64,000 nt of DNA from Candidatus Thorarchaeota archaeon (GTDB lineage: Archaea; Asgardarchaeota; Thorarchaeia; Thorarchaeales; Thorarchaeaceae), in NCBI GenBank assembly GCA_019057475.1, contig DXJO01000006.1, positions 128,001 through 192,000 on the forward strand, given 5' to 3'. The position numbers were made by a program, and so were the translations under genes. This document shows, in pieces, positions 28,732-38,867 of this stretch; position 1 is the first letter of the stretch, and each line of letters begins with the position of its first letter. The notes under the pieces are model-generated. The model worked only from the letters and a program-made list of their open reading frames with translations, had not been told where the DNA came from and made no database searches.

Positions 28732-30075
28732 CTAGGCAGCTGATGCCAATTTATCCCCTACGTCGATCTGCGTTCCTCTCTTGACCGGCTGCTTAACGCC
28801 CAACATAATCAGTGCCCCAAGCACGAAGAAGCTCGCAAGGGCTACCATGGCGTAAAGGTGCTGGTCAACGGGACCAAGGCCGGCGCCCGCGCCGAGTAAT
28901 ATGATGGTCGCGTAGAAGAATGGACCGAGAATTGCGGCAAACTTGCCAGTCAGAGCATAGAAGCCGTACATCTCGCTCTTCTTCTCCTCAGGGATGAATT
29001 GACCGTACATACTGCGTGCGGTGCTCTGAGATGAACCCATTCCCACGCCGGCAATCATGCCGACAATCCACCACACGATTTGTCCATATGGCACTCCGAA
29101 GAATGCAATAAGGAGCGCGATAATCCAGATGAATAGACTGATTATCAACGTCTTTTTCGTGCCGATCTTGTCGCCAATCCATCCAAAGATGAAGGCACCC
29201 GGTATCGCGGCCAGCTGGGTCACTGCGAAGAAGATCAATATATCTGTTATTGAGAATCCGTAAACAACCTGTCCGAAAATCGCTGCATAATAGATGACAG
29301 TTGTGATCGCATCAGAAAAGAGGAAGTATGCAACCAAGAAGCGAGGCACTCCCTCGTAGGTCCGTATTTCTTTTAGCGTTTTGCGGACCCTTGAAAACCC
29401 AATCGATATGCTGCTCGTGCCTTCTTCTCCAGGATATTGCTTGGGTGGCCTATTCTTCAGACCCATAATGGCAGGAAAACCAAAAATACCAAAGAAAAGA
29501 GCTCCGAAGAGAAAAGGTAGGGTCGGTTGGTCCGCAAGCATCAGCGTACTGATGAGGGCGATGACGATAGTAATCAATGCTCCTACATACCCCACAGCCC
29601 AGCCATTGCCGCCAATTCTTCCGATGTTTTCTTCGGTACTTATCTCTGGAAGCCATGCGTTATAAAACGGAAGAGCTCCCTGAAATCCAATATTTGCTAT
29701 GACGAAAATAATCCACGCCCACACCCAGGCTGAAGGACCCAAAAATGTTACGGTCGCAAAGAAGAGCAACGCATTGAAGACGACGCACAGGATTGTGTAC
29801 GCGTAAACGAACTTCTTCTTGGACCCTGAATGGTCAGCAATTGCTCCAAGCACAGGTGATGATATGGCTATTATGAGCATCGTGACGCTTCCAGCGTATC
29901 CCCACCATGCCGTTCCTAGCGCTTCAGGTAAGCCGGCATCAACAAAAAGGCTTATGAAATACAGCGGAAATAGCGCAGTTACCATCAGCACAGAGAAGCT
30001 GGTATTTGCAAAATCATACATGTACCATGACCAGCGTTCTTTCCGGTCAGTTGGTATTACTTTTTCAGTTTCCAT
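28732..30075 (-). CDS. MFS transporter, UMF1/Atg22-like family
   Basis: WSWYMYDFAN, SPVLGAIAD..KKK, YNAWLP, GFYALTGK motifs. Confidence 0.88.
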   Translation of the reverse strand: METEKVIPTDRKERWSWYMYDFANTSFSVLMVTALFPLYFISLFVDAGLPEALGTAWWGYAGSVTMLIIAISSPVLGAIADHSGSKKKFVYAYTILCVVFNALLFFATVTFLGPSAWVWAWIIFVIANIGFQGALPFYNAWLPEISTEENIGRIGGNGWAVGYVGALITIVIALISTLMLADQPTLPFLFGALFFGIFGFPAIMGLKNRPPKQYPGEEGTSSISIGFSRVRKTLKEIRTYEGVPRFLVAYFLFSDAITTVIYYAAIFGQVVYGFSITDILIFFAVTQLAAIPGAFIFGWIGDKIGTKKTLIISLFIWIIALLIAFFGVPYGQIVWWIVGMIAGVGMGSSQSTARSMYGQFIPEEKKSEMYGFYALTGKFAAILGPFFYATIILLGAGAGLGPVDQHLYAMVALASFFVLGALIMLGVKQPVKRGTQIDVGDKLASAA

Positions 30076-30254
30076 TCTCTACTCTCCTCAATTGAGGCTT
30101 TGAATACCTTCACCAGAGGGCACACCGGTATATATCAGTGCGGGATTAAGGACTCAGCCCGGCAGCTGGACCGCGGAACCCCCATCGTTATACTCGTAAT
30201 CGGGTTTAAGCAACAATTAAGAACGACCGATACGATACTCTGTGTTGCCAATTC

Positions 30255-31826
30255 GTGGGGATTTGCGCTATGACAGTTGAGATTGTCTGGACTGACATTC
30301 ATGGAGAACAGAAGAGCGCGAGTGTTCCTGAAGAAACAGGTACAATCGATCTCTCCTCTAGGAGAATATCGCGCATCGACCTAATACCCATAGTCAAGCT
30401 GAAGAATCTAAAGACCCTCGTGATTAGGGCGAACCACTTGACTTCATTGGACCTATCTCCTCTAGCCCAGTACACTCAACTACAGGCGCTCGACCTTGAC
30501 AACAACAGCCTAGCAAGCATAGACCTCGCACCCCTGTCTTCTTGTCCAGATCTCCGAAGCGTGGACCTCGAAGCCAACAACCTGAGCGTAATTGACCTTG
30601 GTCCCCTTTCGAAGTGTCCCCGACTTGAAATCATCGACCTGTCTTCGAACATCATCAATGAAATAAATTTGGAGCCTTTGTCGCACTGTTCGAAACTGAA
30701 GCGAATAGACTTGGATGGAAACCAGCTCACAGACGCGCCCCTTTGGCCACTTGCCGGATGCCTTAACCTGACAAAGATATTCCTGAACAGCAACAAGATA
30801 CCCTTCATCGATTTGAGTCCGGTAGCCAACTGGACAGACTTGACTGTGCTTGATTTGTCGATGAATCAACTAACAGGAGTCAATCTCCGGCCATTGGAGA
30901 AATGCGCGAAGCTAGAGAGCCTTCTGCTTCATAGTAATCGGTTGGCATTCATCGATCTCAGTCCAATGGGTGCAAGCAAACGGCTAACTATAGTGCGTCT
31001 GGATGCAAACGCGCTAACAAGTATTGATCTAGTTCCCCTGAGCGGGTGCTCCAAACTAGTTGAACTCAACCTAGCCGATAACAGGTTAGCTGAAGTTGAT
31101 CTTAGTCCTGTGAACAAATGCTCCGAGCTGCTATATCTCCACCTGAGCAATAACCAACTCCAATCTATTGACTTAGCCCCATTAAGAGGATGCTCTCACC
31201 TGAAATCTCTGACTCTGTTCAAGAACAAGCTGGCCACTATCAATCTCGCGGCTTTGGCAGCTTGTCCTGAACTTGAGCGACTGGACCTTGATAGCAATGA
31301 GCTAGGGGGTATAGATCTGGAACCTATAACAAATTGTCGAGAGATACAAGAACTTGATGTGAGTGGCAATCAAATCACTAAGATTGATTTGGATCCGTTG
31401 AAACGATGCCGAAAACTGGAAACATTGCGTCTTGATGGCAATCATCTTACTGAAATCGGTCTCAGCCCTCTTGCGAAGCTGACGGGTTTAGAGAAACTGT
31501 TTCTGAATGGAAACAGCCTTGAAAGAGCTAACCTAGGTCCTCTTGCATACTGTTCAAGCCTTGAGATTCTGTCGCTCTCTGGCAATAACTTAAAACGGAT
31601 AGACCTGGTGCCGCTTTCAAAATGCGAGAATCTAACAATCCTTGACATATCCGCTAATAGGTTCGAGTTTCTTGATCTTAGCCCACTCTTCTCATGTCCA
31701 GCATTGCAAGGATTGGATTTGCCATATCACATCAAGCCCACTGCGAAGGTGGCACTCTCGAGCTCAACAATCCTGCCAATGGCACTTGGTATGCTAATTG
31801 AAGGTGACGGGATCGATTGGATCTGA
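30255..31826 (+). CDS. Leucine-rich repeat protein (about 21 repeats of 22 aa)
   Basis: Tandem LxxLxLxxNxLxxIDLxPLxxC repeats; no signal peptide or TM seen; start may be the ATG near 30270. Confidence 0.9.
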   Translation: MGICAMTVEIVWTDIHGEQKSASVPEETGTIDLSSRRISRIDLIPIVKLKNLKTLVIRANHLTSLDLSPLAQYTQLQALDLDNNSLASIDLAPLSSCPDLRSVDLEANNLSVIDLGPLSKCPRLEIIDLSSNIINEINLEPLSHCSKLKRIDLDGNQLTDAPLWPLAGCLNLTKIFLNSNKIPFIDLSPVANWTDLTVLDLSMNQLTGVNLRPLEKCAKLESLLLHSNRLAFIDLSPMGASKRLTIVRLDANALTSIDLVPLSGCSKLVELNLADNRLAEVDLSPVNKCSELLYLHLSNNQLQSIDLAPLRGCSHLKSLTLFKNKLATINLAALAACPELERLDLDSNELGGIDLEPITNCREIQELDVSGNQITKIDLDPLKRCRKLETLRLDGNHLTEIGLSPLAKLTGLEKLFLNGNSLERANLGPLAYCSSLEILSLSGNNLKRIDLVPLSKCENLTILDISANRFEFLDLSPLFSCPALQGLDLPYHIKPTAKVALSSSTILPMALGMLIEGDGIDWI

Positions 31827-31829
31827 GCG

Positions 31830-32249
31830 ATGGATTCTCATTGGAAGGAAGTTACCATGGACAATATTGAATTGGCTGAGTTCTGCAGCGAGTGGCTTGA
31901 ACACTGGACCGGGAATATGCCTGAGAAATTGATCAAGTTCTACACAGAAGATGCTCTCTATATAGATCCGGCAAATCGTAATGGGCTTCGTGGGCACAAG
32001 GAAATACTGCCTTATTTTGAAAAGATATTGGCCGTTTACCCGGATTGGACTTGGGAACCACTTGAGATTATTCCAACTGAAAAGGGCTGCATCCTCAAGT
32101 GGGAATGCACCATTCCCGTAGGTGGAAGAATCATCAATGAGAAGGGCCTTGATATTGTGGAGCTGAGGGGACGTAGGATTTGCAGGAACGAGGTGTACTT
32201 CGACCAAACGCGTCTTGTTGCAGCGATTAAGAAACAGAAACGCGTGTAG
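31830..32249 (+). CDS. SnoaL/NTF2-like protein
   Basis: FYTEDALYIDP, LRGHKEI, KGLDIVELRGRRICRNEVYFD. Confidence 0.85.
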   Translation: MDSHWKEVTMDNIELAEFCSEWLEHWTGNMPEKLIKFYTEDALYIDPANRNGLRGHKEILPYFEKILAVYPDWTWEPLEIIPTEKGCILKWECTIPVGGRIINEKGLDIVELRGRRICRNEVYFDQTRLVAAIKKQKRV

Positions 32250-32269
32250 AGGTTAAGACACTTGGTGAA

Positions 32270-33025
32270 CTAGAGATTCCTGGCCCACGAGAGTATTTCT
32301 TGATTGACCTTCGACGATTGCTCCAGCATGACACTGTGTCCTGCATTCTCGATGACAAGTAGCTGTGATTTCTCGATTTGGACATGCAGGTATTTGGAGT
32401 ACTTCACAGGAGTCATCATATCCTGCGCTCCCACGATAATGAGTGTAGGAATTTGTATTTCCTTCAGCCTGTCCATGACATTGAACGCATTGCACAGCTC
32501 ATAATCACGACGGATTACTGGCACGGGACACTTGCGGACTTCAGCAACTGATGCTTCTACGAGTTCTTTAGATGTGTTCTTGTGAAACATGAATTCTTCA
32601 ACGGCACCCAAATATCCCTCGAAATCAGTGTTAAGAAGATCAAACACCATATCAGCTACTCTAAGCTTTGCTCCGGTCGCTATGAGAATGAGGCCGCTTA
32701 GTCTGTCTGAATGTTGAAGAGCGTAGAGCTGTGCGAGTGCACCTCCCATCGAGTGCCCTGCAAGAATCGGCATTTCGTATTGCGATACAATCGAGTCAAT
32801 ATCCTCAAGGTAGGATTCCACAAGGTTCTCATCCAACCGATCTTGGGTTCTGCCATGACCATTAAGGTCAAGCGCGACTACATACAAGCTATCCGAAAGA
32901 CCTCTGTGTTGCATGAACCATGTTGCCGTGGAGCCTCCTGCTCCGTGAATCATGATGATGGTCCTTTGAGTGTCGTCACCCAATTCCTCGGTGTGCACGC
33001 TCATGAACAGCAAAGGAATTACCAT
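32270..33025 (-). CDS. Alpha/beta-fold hydrolase
   Basis: HGAGG, DLNGHG, GHSMGG, GAQD and AGH triad motifs. Confidence 0.9.
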   Translation of the reverse strand: MVIPLLFMSVHTEELGDDTQRTIIMIHGAGGSTATWFMQHRGLSDSLYVVALDLNGHGRTQDRLDENLVESYLEDIDSIVSQYEMPILAGHSMGGALAQLYALQHSDRLSGLILIATGAKLRVADMVFDLLNTDFEGYLGAVEEFMFHKNTSKELVEASVAEVRKCPVPVIRRDYELCNAFNVMDRLKEIQIPTLIIVGAQDMMTPVKYSKYLHVQIEKSQLLVIENAGHSVMLEQSSKVNQEILSWARNL

Positions 33026-33229
33026 GTCCTTTGAGTATTGTGGCGTGACCTCAAATAGCAGCCTAGATGAATGTCCCTACGGGAATTGACGACCCCATCT
33101 ACACTTGTTGTCAGGGGTCAATGAGTTTTTTAAGGCCTTTTGTGGCTTAGGGTCAAGTTGAGACGCTAGATATGCCCAGTGCAACTGGCGTTTACAGTTT
33201 CTCGGCCTAATGCATTAGGAGCATAGAGA

Positions 33230-34327
33230 ATGAGCTTTTCAAATAAAGGCATGATTGCCGCTGTTGTGATTGTAATAATCGCAGTTGCTGCAGTTGGTGC
33301 CTACATAGTAATTTACGATCCATTCGCTCCCCCGCCAGACGAATTTGTGGAGAATCCATACGACGTTGCCATTGTATTCGCCACGGGTGGTCTCGGTGAC
33401 AAGTCGTTTAATGACGGCTGTAAGCAGGGAGCGGATGACGCCGTAACAGAGCTTAGCATCAACTTTACGTATGTTGAGCCAACATCAATAACGGAATACG
33501 AAGGATTCCTTCGTTCATATGCGGAGCATACCGATTATGACGAACCCTATGACCTCATCATTAGCATTGGCTTCGATCAAGCGGATGCGGTGATGGCAGT
33601 TGCTGAAGACTACCCAAACCAATACATGGCTATTGTTGACATGTTCATTGACCCAGCGACTTATCCAAACGTTACGTCATTGCTCTTTAATGAGCATGAG
33701 GGCTCAGCCCTAGTCGGAGCAATGGCTGGACTGATGACTGAAACAGACATGGTCGGTTTCGTTGGTGGAATGGACATCCCGTTGATCAACAAGTTTGCAG
33801 CTGGATACGTATTTGGTGCAAACTACACAAACAAAGGTATCAACCACACAATCGCTTACGTGGGCGATTGGGCTAACCCAAGCGTGGGTCAGACTCTGGC
33901 GAACGGAATGTATGCTGCAGGAACGGATGTGATATTCGCAGCTGCAGGGCGGTCTGGTCTCGGAGTCATTGCCAGTGCAAAGGCGAACAATATTTCTCAC
34001 GCTTACCATACTTGGGCGATTGGTGTCGACAGTCCACAGATGTACCTTGGTTGCGTGGATCCGGAGTATCCTGAGCCTCCAACACTGGTCATGACATCGA
34101 TGCTGAAGAGAGTTGATGTTGCGGTCTACAACGTAATTGAACAGGTCGTTGATGGCTCATACACTGGAGGTCTAATGTTCTTCAGTCTATCGAATGGTGG
34201 TATTGACTACGAGATCAATGAGGATCTCCTAGTGATTGCCCCTGCCATCATAACTGAGATCAACACTCTCAAGGCTGCCATCATAGCCGGCACCGTCGTT
34301 GTCCCAGATGAGATTTACTGGACATAA
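33230..34327 (+). CDS. BMP-family (purine nucleoside) ABC substrate-binding protein, TM-anchored
   Basis: GGLGDKSFND, IGFDQAD, EGSALVG, FAAAGRSGLG, IGVD, TSMLKRVD; N-terminal TM without lipobox. Confidence 0.92.
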   Translation: MSFSNKGMIAAVVIVIIAVAAVGAYIVIYDPFAPPPDEFVENPYDVAIVFATGGLGDKSFNDGCKQGADDAVTELSINFTYVEPTSITEYEGFLRSYAEHTDYDEPYDLIISIGFDQADAVMAVAEDYPNQYMAIVDMFIDPATYPNVTSLLFNEHEGSALVGAMAGLMTETDMVGFVGGMDIPLINKFAAGYVFGANYTNKGINHTIAYVGDWANPSVGQTLANGMYAAGTDVIFAAAGRSGLGVIASAKANNISHAYHTWAIGVDSPQMYLGCVDPEYPEPPTLVMTSMLKRVDVAVYNVIEQVVDGSYTGGLMFFSLSNGGIDYEINEDLLVIAPAIITEINTLKAAIIAGTVVVPDEIYWT

Positions 34328-34338
34328 TCTGAATATCT

Positions 34339-34373
34339 AGAGGGGCATAACGCCTCTCTTCTCCCCTTTTTTT
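34339..34373 (+). terminator. Intra-operon hairpin + U-tract after the binding-protein gene
   Basis: AGAGGGGC-ATAAC-GCCTCTCT stem then TCTCCCCTTTTTTT. Confidence 0.65.
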
Positions 34374-34478
34374 GCATTACCGTTCGACAGCTCCAGCTCT
34401 ATCCCTATATATTAAATACCGCGACGTTTCAGCCTTGATGCAACCGTATCTCGTGTCAGGAAGACAGAGGTCAGTGGA

Positions 34479-36245
34479 ATGGAACAAGAAGGCAGGTATG
34501 CTGTTGAGCTTATCGGGATAAACAAGACGTTTCCCGGAGGAATCCAAGCAAACAAGGACATCACTCTCAGAATCCGCGAGGGCGAAGTCCATGGTCTGCT
34601 AGGGGAAAATGGAGCAGGCAAAAGCACCATCATGAATATTCTGTACGGGTTCCTTTCAAAAGACTCTGGACGCATAATTATTAGGGGTGAAGAAATCGAA
34701 CCAAAGTCGCCGCAGGACGCTATCGACCGTGGTGTGGGTATGGTTCACCAACACTTCAAGCTTATTCCTCCTCTGACGGTAACTGAGAATGTGATTCTAG
34801 GGCTTGAGCCAGCTTCAAAGAAACCAGACCGAGATAACTCTCTGGCTATGATTTCGGCGTCCCTATTGGTTCTCTTTCTCATGTACTTCTTTCTCCCTCC
34901 TGTTGAATTTCTATTCAGCGCTGCAGTACTTTTAGTTTTTCTTACGGTGTTAATTAGGCCACTTCAAGGAATCGGAAACTCTGCGACTCTAGCACGATTC
35001 GGAAGACTGCTTGGAAGATTAGGAAGCGATGTTCTACCTCTTGGCTTTGATGACGCGGCCAAGAGAATTCAGCGGATTGCAGATGAGAATGGACTGCTAG
35101 TTGATCCGTACGCTATAGTTCAAGACCTCTCAGTGGGACTTCAGCAGCGTGTTGAGGTGATTAAGACTCTATACCGTGAGGCAGATATCTTAATTCTTGA
35201 TGAACCAACAAGCGTACTCACACCACAAGAGGTTGATGAGTTATTCGTGACTCTGGAAACCTTCAAGGAGAGCGGCAAGACCATCATATTAATCACTCAC
35301 AAGCTGCGCGAACCTATGGCTCTGTGTGACAGGATTAGCGTTCTTCGAGATGGAGCCCTCGTAGGAACAGTCAACAAAGATGAAACTTCAGCCGAGGAGC
35401 TTGCGCAGATGATGGTGGGCCGCCCTGTTGTCTTTACTGTTGAGAAACCTCCTGCAACTCCGGGAGAGATTGTTCTCAATGTGAATGACTTGAAAGTGGA
35501 AGACCATCGAGGACTACCGAAAGTCATAGGTGTTTCCTTTCAAGTCCGTGCTGGTGAAATACTTGGAATAGCTGGCGTAGAAGGCAATGGCCAGACTGAG
35601 CTTGTTGAAGCATTGGTTGGCCTTCGAAAGCCCTCGGGCGGAGCGATATTCGTAGGTGATATCCATACAACAGGCAAGAATCCCCGGTTTGTGCGAGAAG
35701 CTGGAGTTAGTCATATTCCTGAAGACCGTCACCGTAGAGGTCTGATTCTACCATTTACCGTGGAGGAGAACCTTATACTGGGACAGCACTATAAACCACC
35801 CTTCATTTCTATGCCAGGTATTTTGGCATTGGATACGTTCGGAAGTATTTCCGGTGAACTCGTGGAGAAATACTCAATAAAGACAACGGGAGTTGATAGT
35901 TTTGCCAACACTCTTTCCGGCGGCAATCAGCAGAAGCTTATTGTAGCTAGGGAACTGGAATCGAGTCCGAAACTGTTGATTGCTGCTCAGCCCACAAGAG
36001 GGCTGGACGTCGGTGCCACAGAGTTTATCCATAAGACATTGATTTCGATGCGTGATCAGGGAGTTGCCATTCTACTTGTTTCTGCCGAACTGGACGAGAT
36101 AAGGTCTGTTACTGATCGCATTCTAGTCATGTTTGACGGACGAATAGTGGGAGAGAAGATGTCAGATGAAACGGATGCTCAAGAGCTTGGGCTGCTCATG
36201 GCAGGACATTTGGATGGAGAAGAGCAAACGGAGGCAATCAATTGA
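34479..36245 (+). CDS. CUT2/nucleoside ABC transporter ATP-binding protein (two NBDs) with hydrophobic insertion
   Basis: GENGAGKST, MVHQHF, LSVGLQQRVE, LILDEPT, ITHKL, LSGGNQQK, QPTRGLD; about 70-aa hydrophobic insert at 34812-35040. Confidence 0.92.
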   Translation: MEQEGRYAVELIGINKTFPGGIQANKDITLRIREGEVHGLLGENGAGKSTIMNILYGFLSKDSGRIIIRGEEIEPKSPQDAIDRGVGMVHQHFKLIPPLTVTENVILGLEPASKKPDRDNSLAMISASLLVLFLMYFFLPPVEFLFSAAVLLVFLTVLIRPLQGIGNSATLARFGRLLGRLGSDVLPLGFDDAAKRIQRIADENGLLVDPYAIVQDLSVGLQQRVEVIKTLYREADILILDEPTSVLTPQEVDELFVTLETFKESGKTIILITHKLREPMALCDRISVLRDGALVGTVNKDETSAEELAQMMVGRPVVFTVEKPPATPGEIVLNVNDLKVEDHRGLPKVIGVSFQVRAGEILGIAGVEGNGQTELVEALVGLRKPSGGAIFVGDIHTTGKNPRFVREAGVSHIPEDRHRRGLILPFTVEENLILGQHYKPPFISMPGILALDTFGSISGELVEKYSIKTTGVDSFANTLSGGNQQKLIVARELESSPKLLIAAQPTRGLDVGATEFIHKTLISMRDQGVAILLVSAELDEIRSVTDRILVMFDGRIVGEKMSDETDAQELGLLMAGHLDGEEQTEAIN

Positions 36246-37804
36246 GCGAAAATCGTCTGCAAGATACCCGAGAGCCGTCTAATGAAACTCAGACAAGCCT
36301 GCTATCACGAATTCAGGCTGACGTCGAGCAGATACGCATCAAACTAGTTAATATTGCTGAGGAAGCACCTCGTCCAATCAAGCCAATCATAGTCGCAGTT
36401 GCGAAGCTGCTGACTTGGACCTTCTGGAAGCCAGTGATCTGGGCGATCTTCTCGGTTATTCTGGCGGTCATCACAAGTGCTGTCATTATGGAGCTTTCTG
36501 GATACAATTCGAGTGAAGCTTTCATTGCCCTCATCACTGGAGCGTTAAGGCAATTCGACAGGGTTCTCTTCTTTTCAACACCACTGATCTTCACAGGATT
36601 GTCTGTGGCTTTCGTCTTCAAGAGTGGTTTGTTCAATATTGGCGCCGAAGGTCAGCTCTACATGGGCTCTATGGCTGCCGCAATATTGGGGTACATAATC
36701 CCACTTCCGTACGGGGTTCACCCTCTAGTGTGTCTCGCAACAGGGGTTCTTGCAGGAGCACTATGGGGGTTCCTTCCAGGTCTGCTCAAGGCTTACAGAG
36801 GCGCGCACGAGGTGGTCACCACAATGATGTTGACCTACACTGCGATTCTGTTCACGCAGTGGTTGGCTGCTGGACCGCTGAAAGAACCCGGCGAGTTCCA
36901 GTGGAATGCCCAAACAGCACGAATCCTTGAAACAGCCGAACTGCCAACTATATGGGGAAACTACCTTCACGCAGGCTTCCTCGTGGCAATCGTCTGTGTC
37001 ATCGTTGTGGCATTCATACTGAATCGCACCGTCATGGGATACGAGATGAGAGCTGTCGGACTAAATGAAGCGGCAGCTGAAACTGCAGGGATTAATCCGA
37101 AGAAAAACATGGCGTTGTCGCTGGCTATCGGCGGCGGTCTCGCTGGGCTTGCGGGGGCATCTGAGGTTCAGGGCAATCTTCATCGCTTCTACAACCTCTG
37201 GTCACCGGGTTTGGGATTCGACGGAATCACAGTCGCTGTGTTAGGCAGTAACAACCCGTTTGGCTGTTTGTTGGCTGCGATTTTCTTTGGATTCCTAAGA
37301 GCTGGAGGAAATGCTATGCATCAGCAGGCTCATGTGCCGATTGAGATGGTGGGCGTGATGCAAGGCCTCGTTGTGCTCTTTGTAGCGGCTCCACGGCTCG
37401 TACAGTGGATGGCAGATCAATCATTAGATTACGGAAAATGGTTTAGCGTCGAGAAAGCGCGACCAATCCTATTCATATTCAATATGGCTATTGTCCTTTA
37501 CGGAGCTTGCTTCAGTTTCAGCTTGCTAGGTGAAACTCAGCTTGGGCTGGCGTTCATTGGCATCTCTGCCGCGGTGAGCATTCTAAGCATTGCTGCATTC
37601 TTCCTCCTTTTCGCAAGAAACTGGCGAGGCATCATCGTTTCTCTCATTGTGTCAATGTGTTGGTTTGCATTAGCAGTGATCGGAATGGGAGCTGGCGCCG
37701 ATACTGGTTTCATATTTCTGGTTGGTTTGGTGCAAGCTGTCTTGTCAGGGTTATCACTATTGCTGGTGAAAGGCGTTGGCCAATCCAAGGGAGGTGGTGC
37801 CTGA
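36242..37804 (+). CDS. Nucleoside ABC transporter permease 1, with N- and C-terminal extensions
   Basis: GLFNIGAEGQ, HEVVTTMM, GYEMRAVG, GFDGITVAVLG; about 4 extra C-terminal TMs. Confidence 0.9.
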   Translation: MSENRLQDTREPSNETQTSLLSRIQADVEQIRIKLVNIAEEAPRPIKPIIVAVAKLLTWTFWKPVIWAIFSVILAVITSAVIMELSGYNSSEAFIALITGALRQFDRVLFFSTPLIFTGLSVAFVFKSGLFNIGAEGQLYMGSMAAAILGYIIPLPYGVHPLVCLATGVLAGALWGFLPGLLKAYRGAHEVVTTMMLTYTAILFTQWLAAGPLKEPGEFQWNAQTARILETAELPTIWGNYLHAGFLVAIVCVIVVAFILNRTVMGYEMRAVGLNEAAAETAGINPKKNMALSLAIGGGLAGLAGASEVQGNLHRFYNLWSPGLGFDGITVAVLGSNNPFGCLLAAIFFGFLRAGGNAMHQQAHVPIEMVGVMQGLVVLFVAAPRLVQWMADQSLDYGKWFSVEKARPILFIFNMAIVLYGACFSFSLLGETQLGLAFIGISAAVSILSIAAFFLLFARNWRGIIVSLIVSMCWFALAVIGMGAGADTGFIFLVGLVQAVLSGLSLLLVKGVGQSKGGGA

Positions 37805-38862
37805 TGGAATTCTCTATGAAACGTTTCCTCCGAAGAGACGTGATAATACCTGTGGTCCTTCTAGCGTCAATCACAATACTCCTGAAACTGACCTATGATA
37901 CAGTCGATGATACTGAAACATTCTATGCACTCACAGGCTGGCTTCTGGAGGCCACTCTGCAGTCCGCAACTCCGCTCATTCTAGCTGCACTGGGAGGAAT
38001 GTTTTCTGAAAAGTCAGGTGTTGTCAACATAGGCCTAGAAGGAATGATGCTTATTGGAGCGTTCGCTGCTGTTGCGGCCACCTACTTCTTCTACGACCCC
38101 TGGATCGGACTTATCGTTGCAGTTCTGGCTGGTGGCGCACTTGCTGTAGTCCACGCGATCATCAGTGTAAAGATGAAAGGGAATCATATCGTTAGCGGAA
38201 CCGGGATAATACTTTTCGCGGCGGGGTTCACGACCTTGATGCTGGAGGTCATCTGGAATCGGAAGGGTATGTCAGAGCAGGTCGCTGCACTCCCAAAAGT
38301 AAGTATGCCTTTCTTGCGGGATATCCCCATTATTGGCGTTGCTTTCGATAATCTATCACCTATTGTGTATTTCACCTTCGTTTTGGTTATAGTCAGCTGG
38401 TACGTGATGTATCGCACCCCGTTCGGTCTTAGATTGCGAGCAGCTGGAGAGGATCCAAGCACACTTGACGCAGCAGGAGTTAGTGTTGAGAAGTATCGAT
38501 TCGTTGGTGTTGTGATCAGCGGGCTCCTCGCTGGTCTTGGTGGTGCCTACTTAAGCATCGGCCGAGAACTCCCAGCCTTTGGAAAACAGATGACTGCAGG
38601 CAGAGGGTTCATTGCTCTTGCTGCATTGATATTTGGTAACTGGTCTCCTCTGGGCGTACTCATAGCTGGCTTATTCTTTGGATTCCTAGATACACTGCGA
38701 TTCTTTGTAGGCTTTGTGCCTGCTTGGGAATGGGTTCAGGGTTATAGTCAGTTCCTTCAAATGATGCCATTTGTTTTGGTGGTGCTCGCTCTTGCTGGAA
38801 TCCGCAAGTCAGTACCTCCGAAAGCCATCGCGGTTCCATATGAGAAGGAGGTAAAAGCCTAG
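37804..38862 (+). CDS. Nucleoside ABC transporter permease 2
   Basis: SEKSGVVNIGLEGMML, TPFGLRLRAAGE, GRGFIALAALIFG; TGATG overlap gives start 37804. Confidence 0.9.
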   Translation: MEFSMKRFLRRDVIIPVVLLASITILLKLTYDTVDDTETFYALTGWLLEATLQSATPLILAALGGMFSEKSGVVNIGLEGMMLIGAFAAVAATYFFYDPWIGLIVAVLAGGALAVVHAIISVKMKGNHIVSGTGIILFAAGFTTLMLEVIWNRKGMSEQVAALPKVSMPFLRDIPIIGVAFDNLSPIVYFTFVLVIVSWYVMYRTPFGLRLRAAGEDPSTLDAAGVSVEKYRFVGVVISGLLAGLGGAYLSIGRELPAFGKQMTAGRGFIALAALIFGNWSPLGVLIAGLFFGFLDTLRFFVGFVPAWEWVQGYSQFLQMMPFVLVVLALAGIRKSVPPKAIAVPYEKEVKA

Positions 38863-38867
38863 TATCT

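Noticed and set aside
30255-31826. LRR periodicity as a CRISPR array or DNA tandem repeat
   Set aside because: Repeats are conserved at protein level only, within one open frame; no identical repeats with spacers and no cas genes
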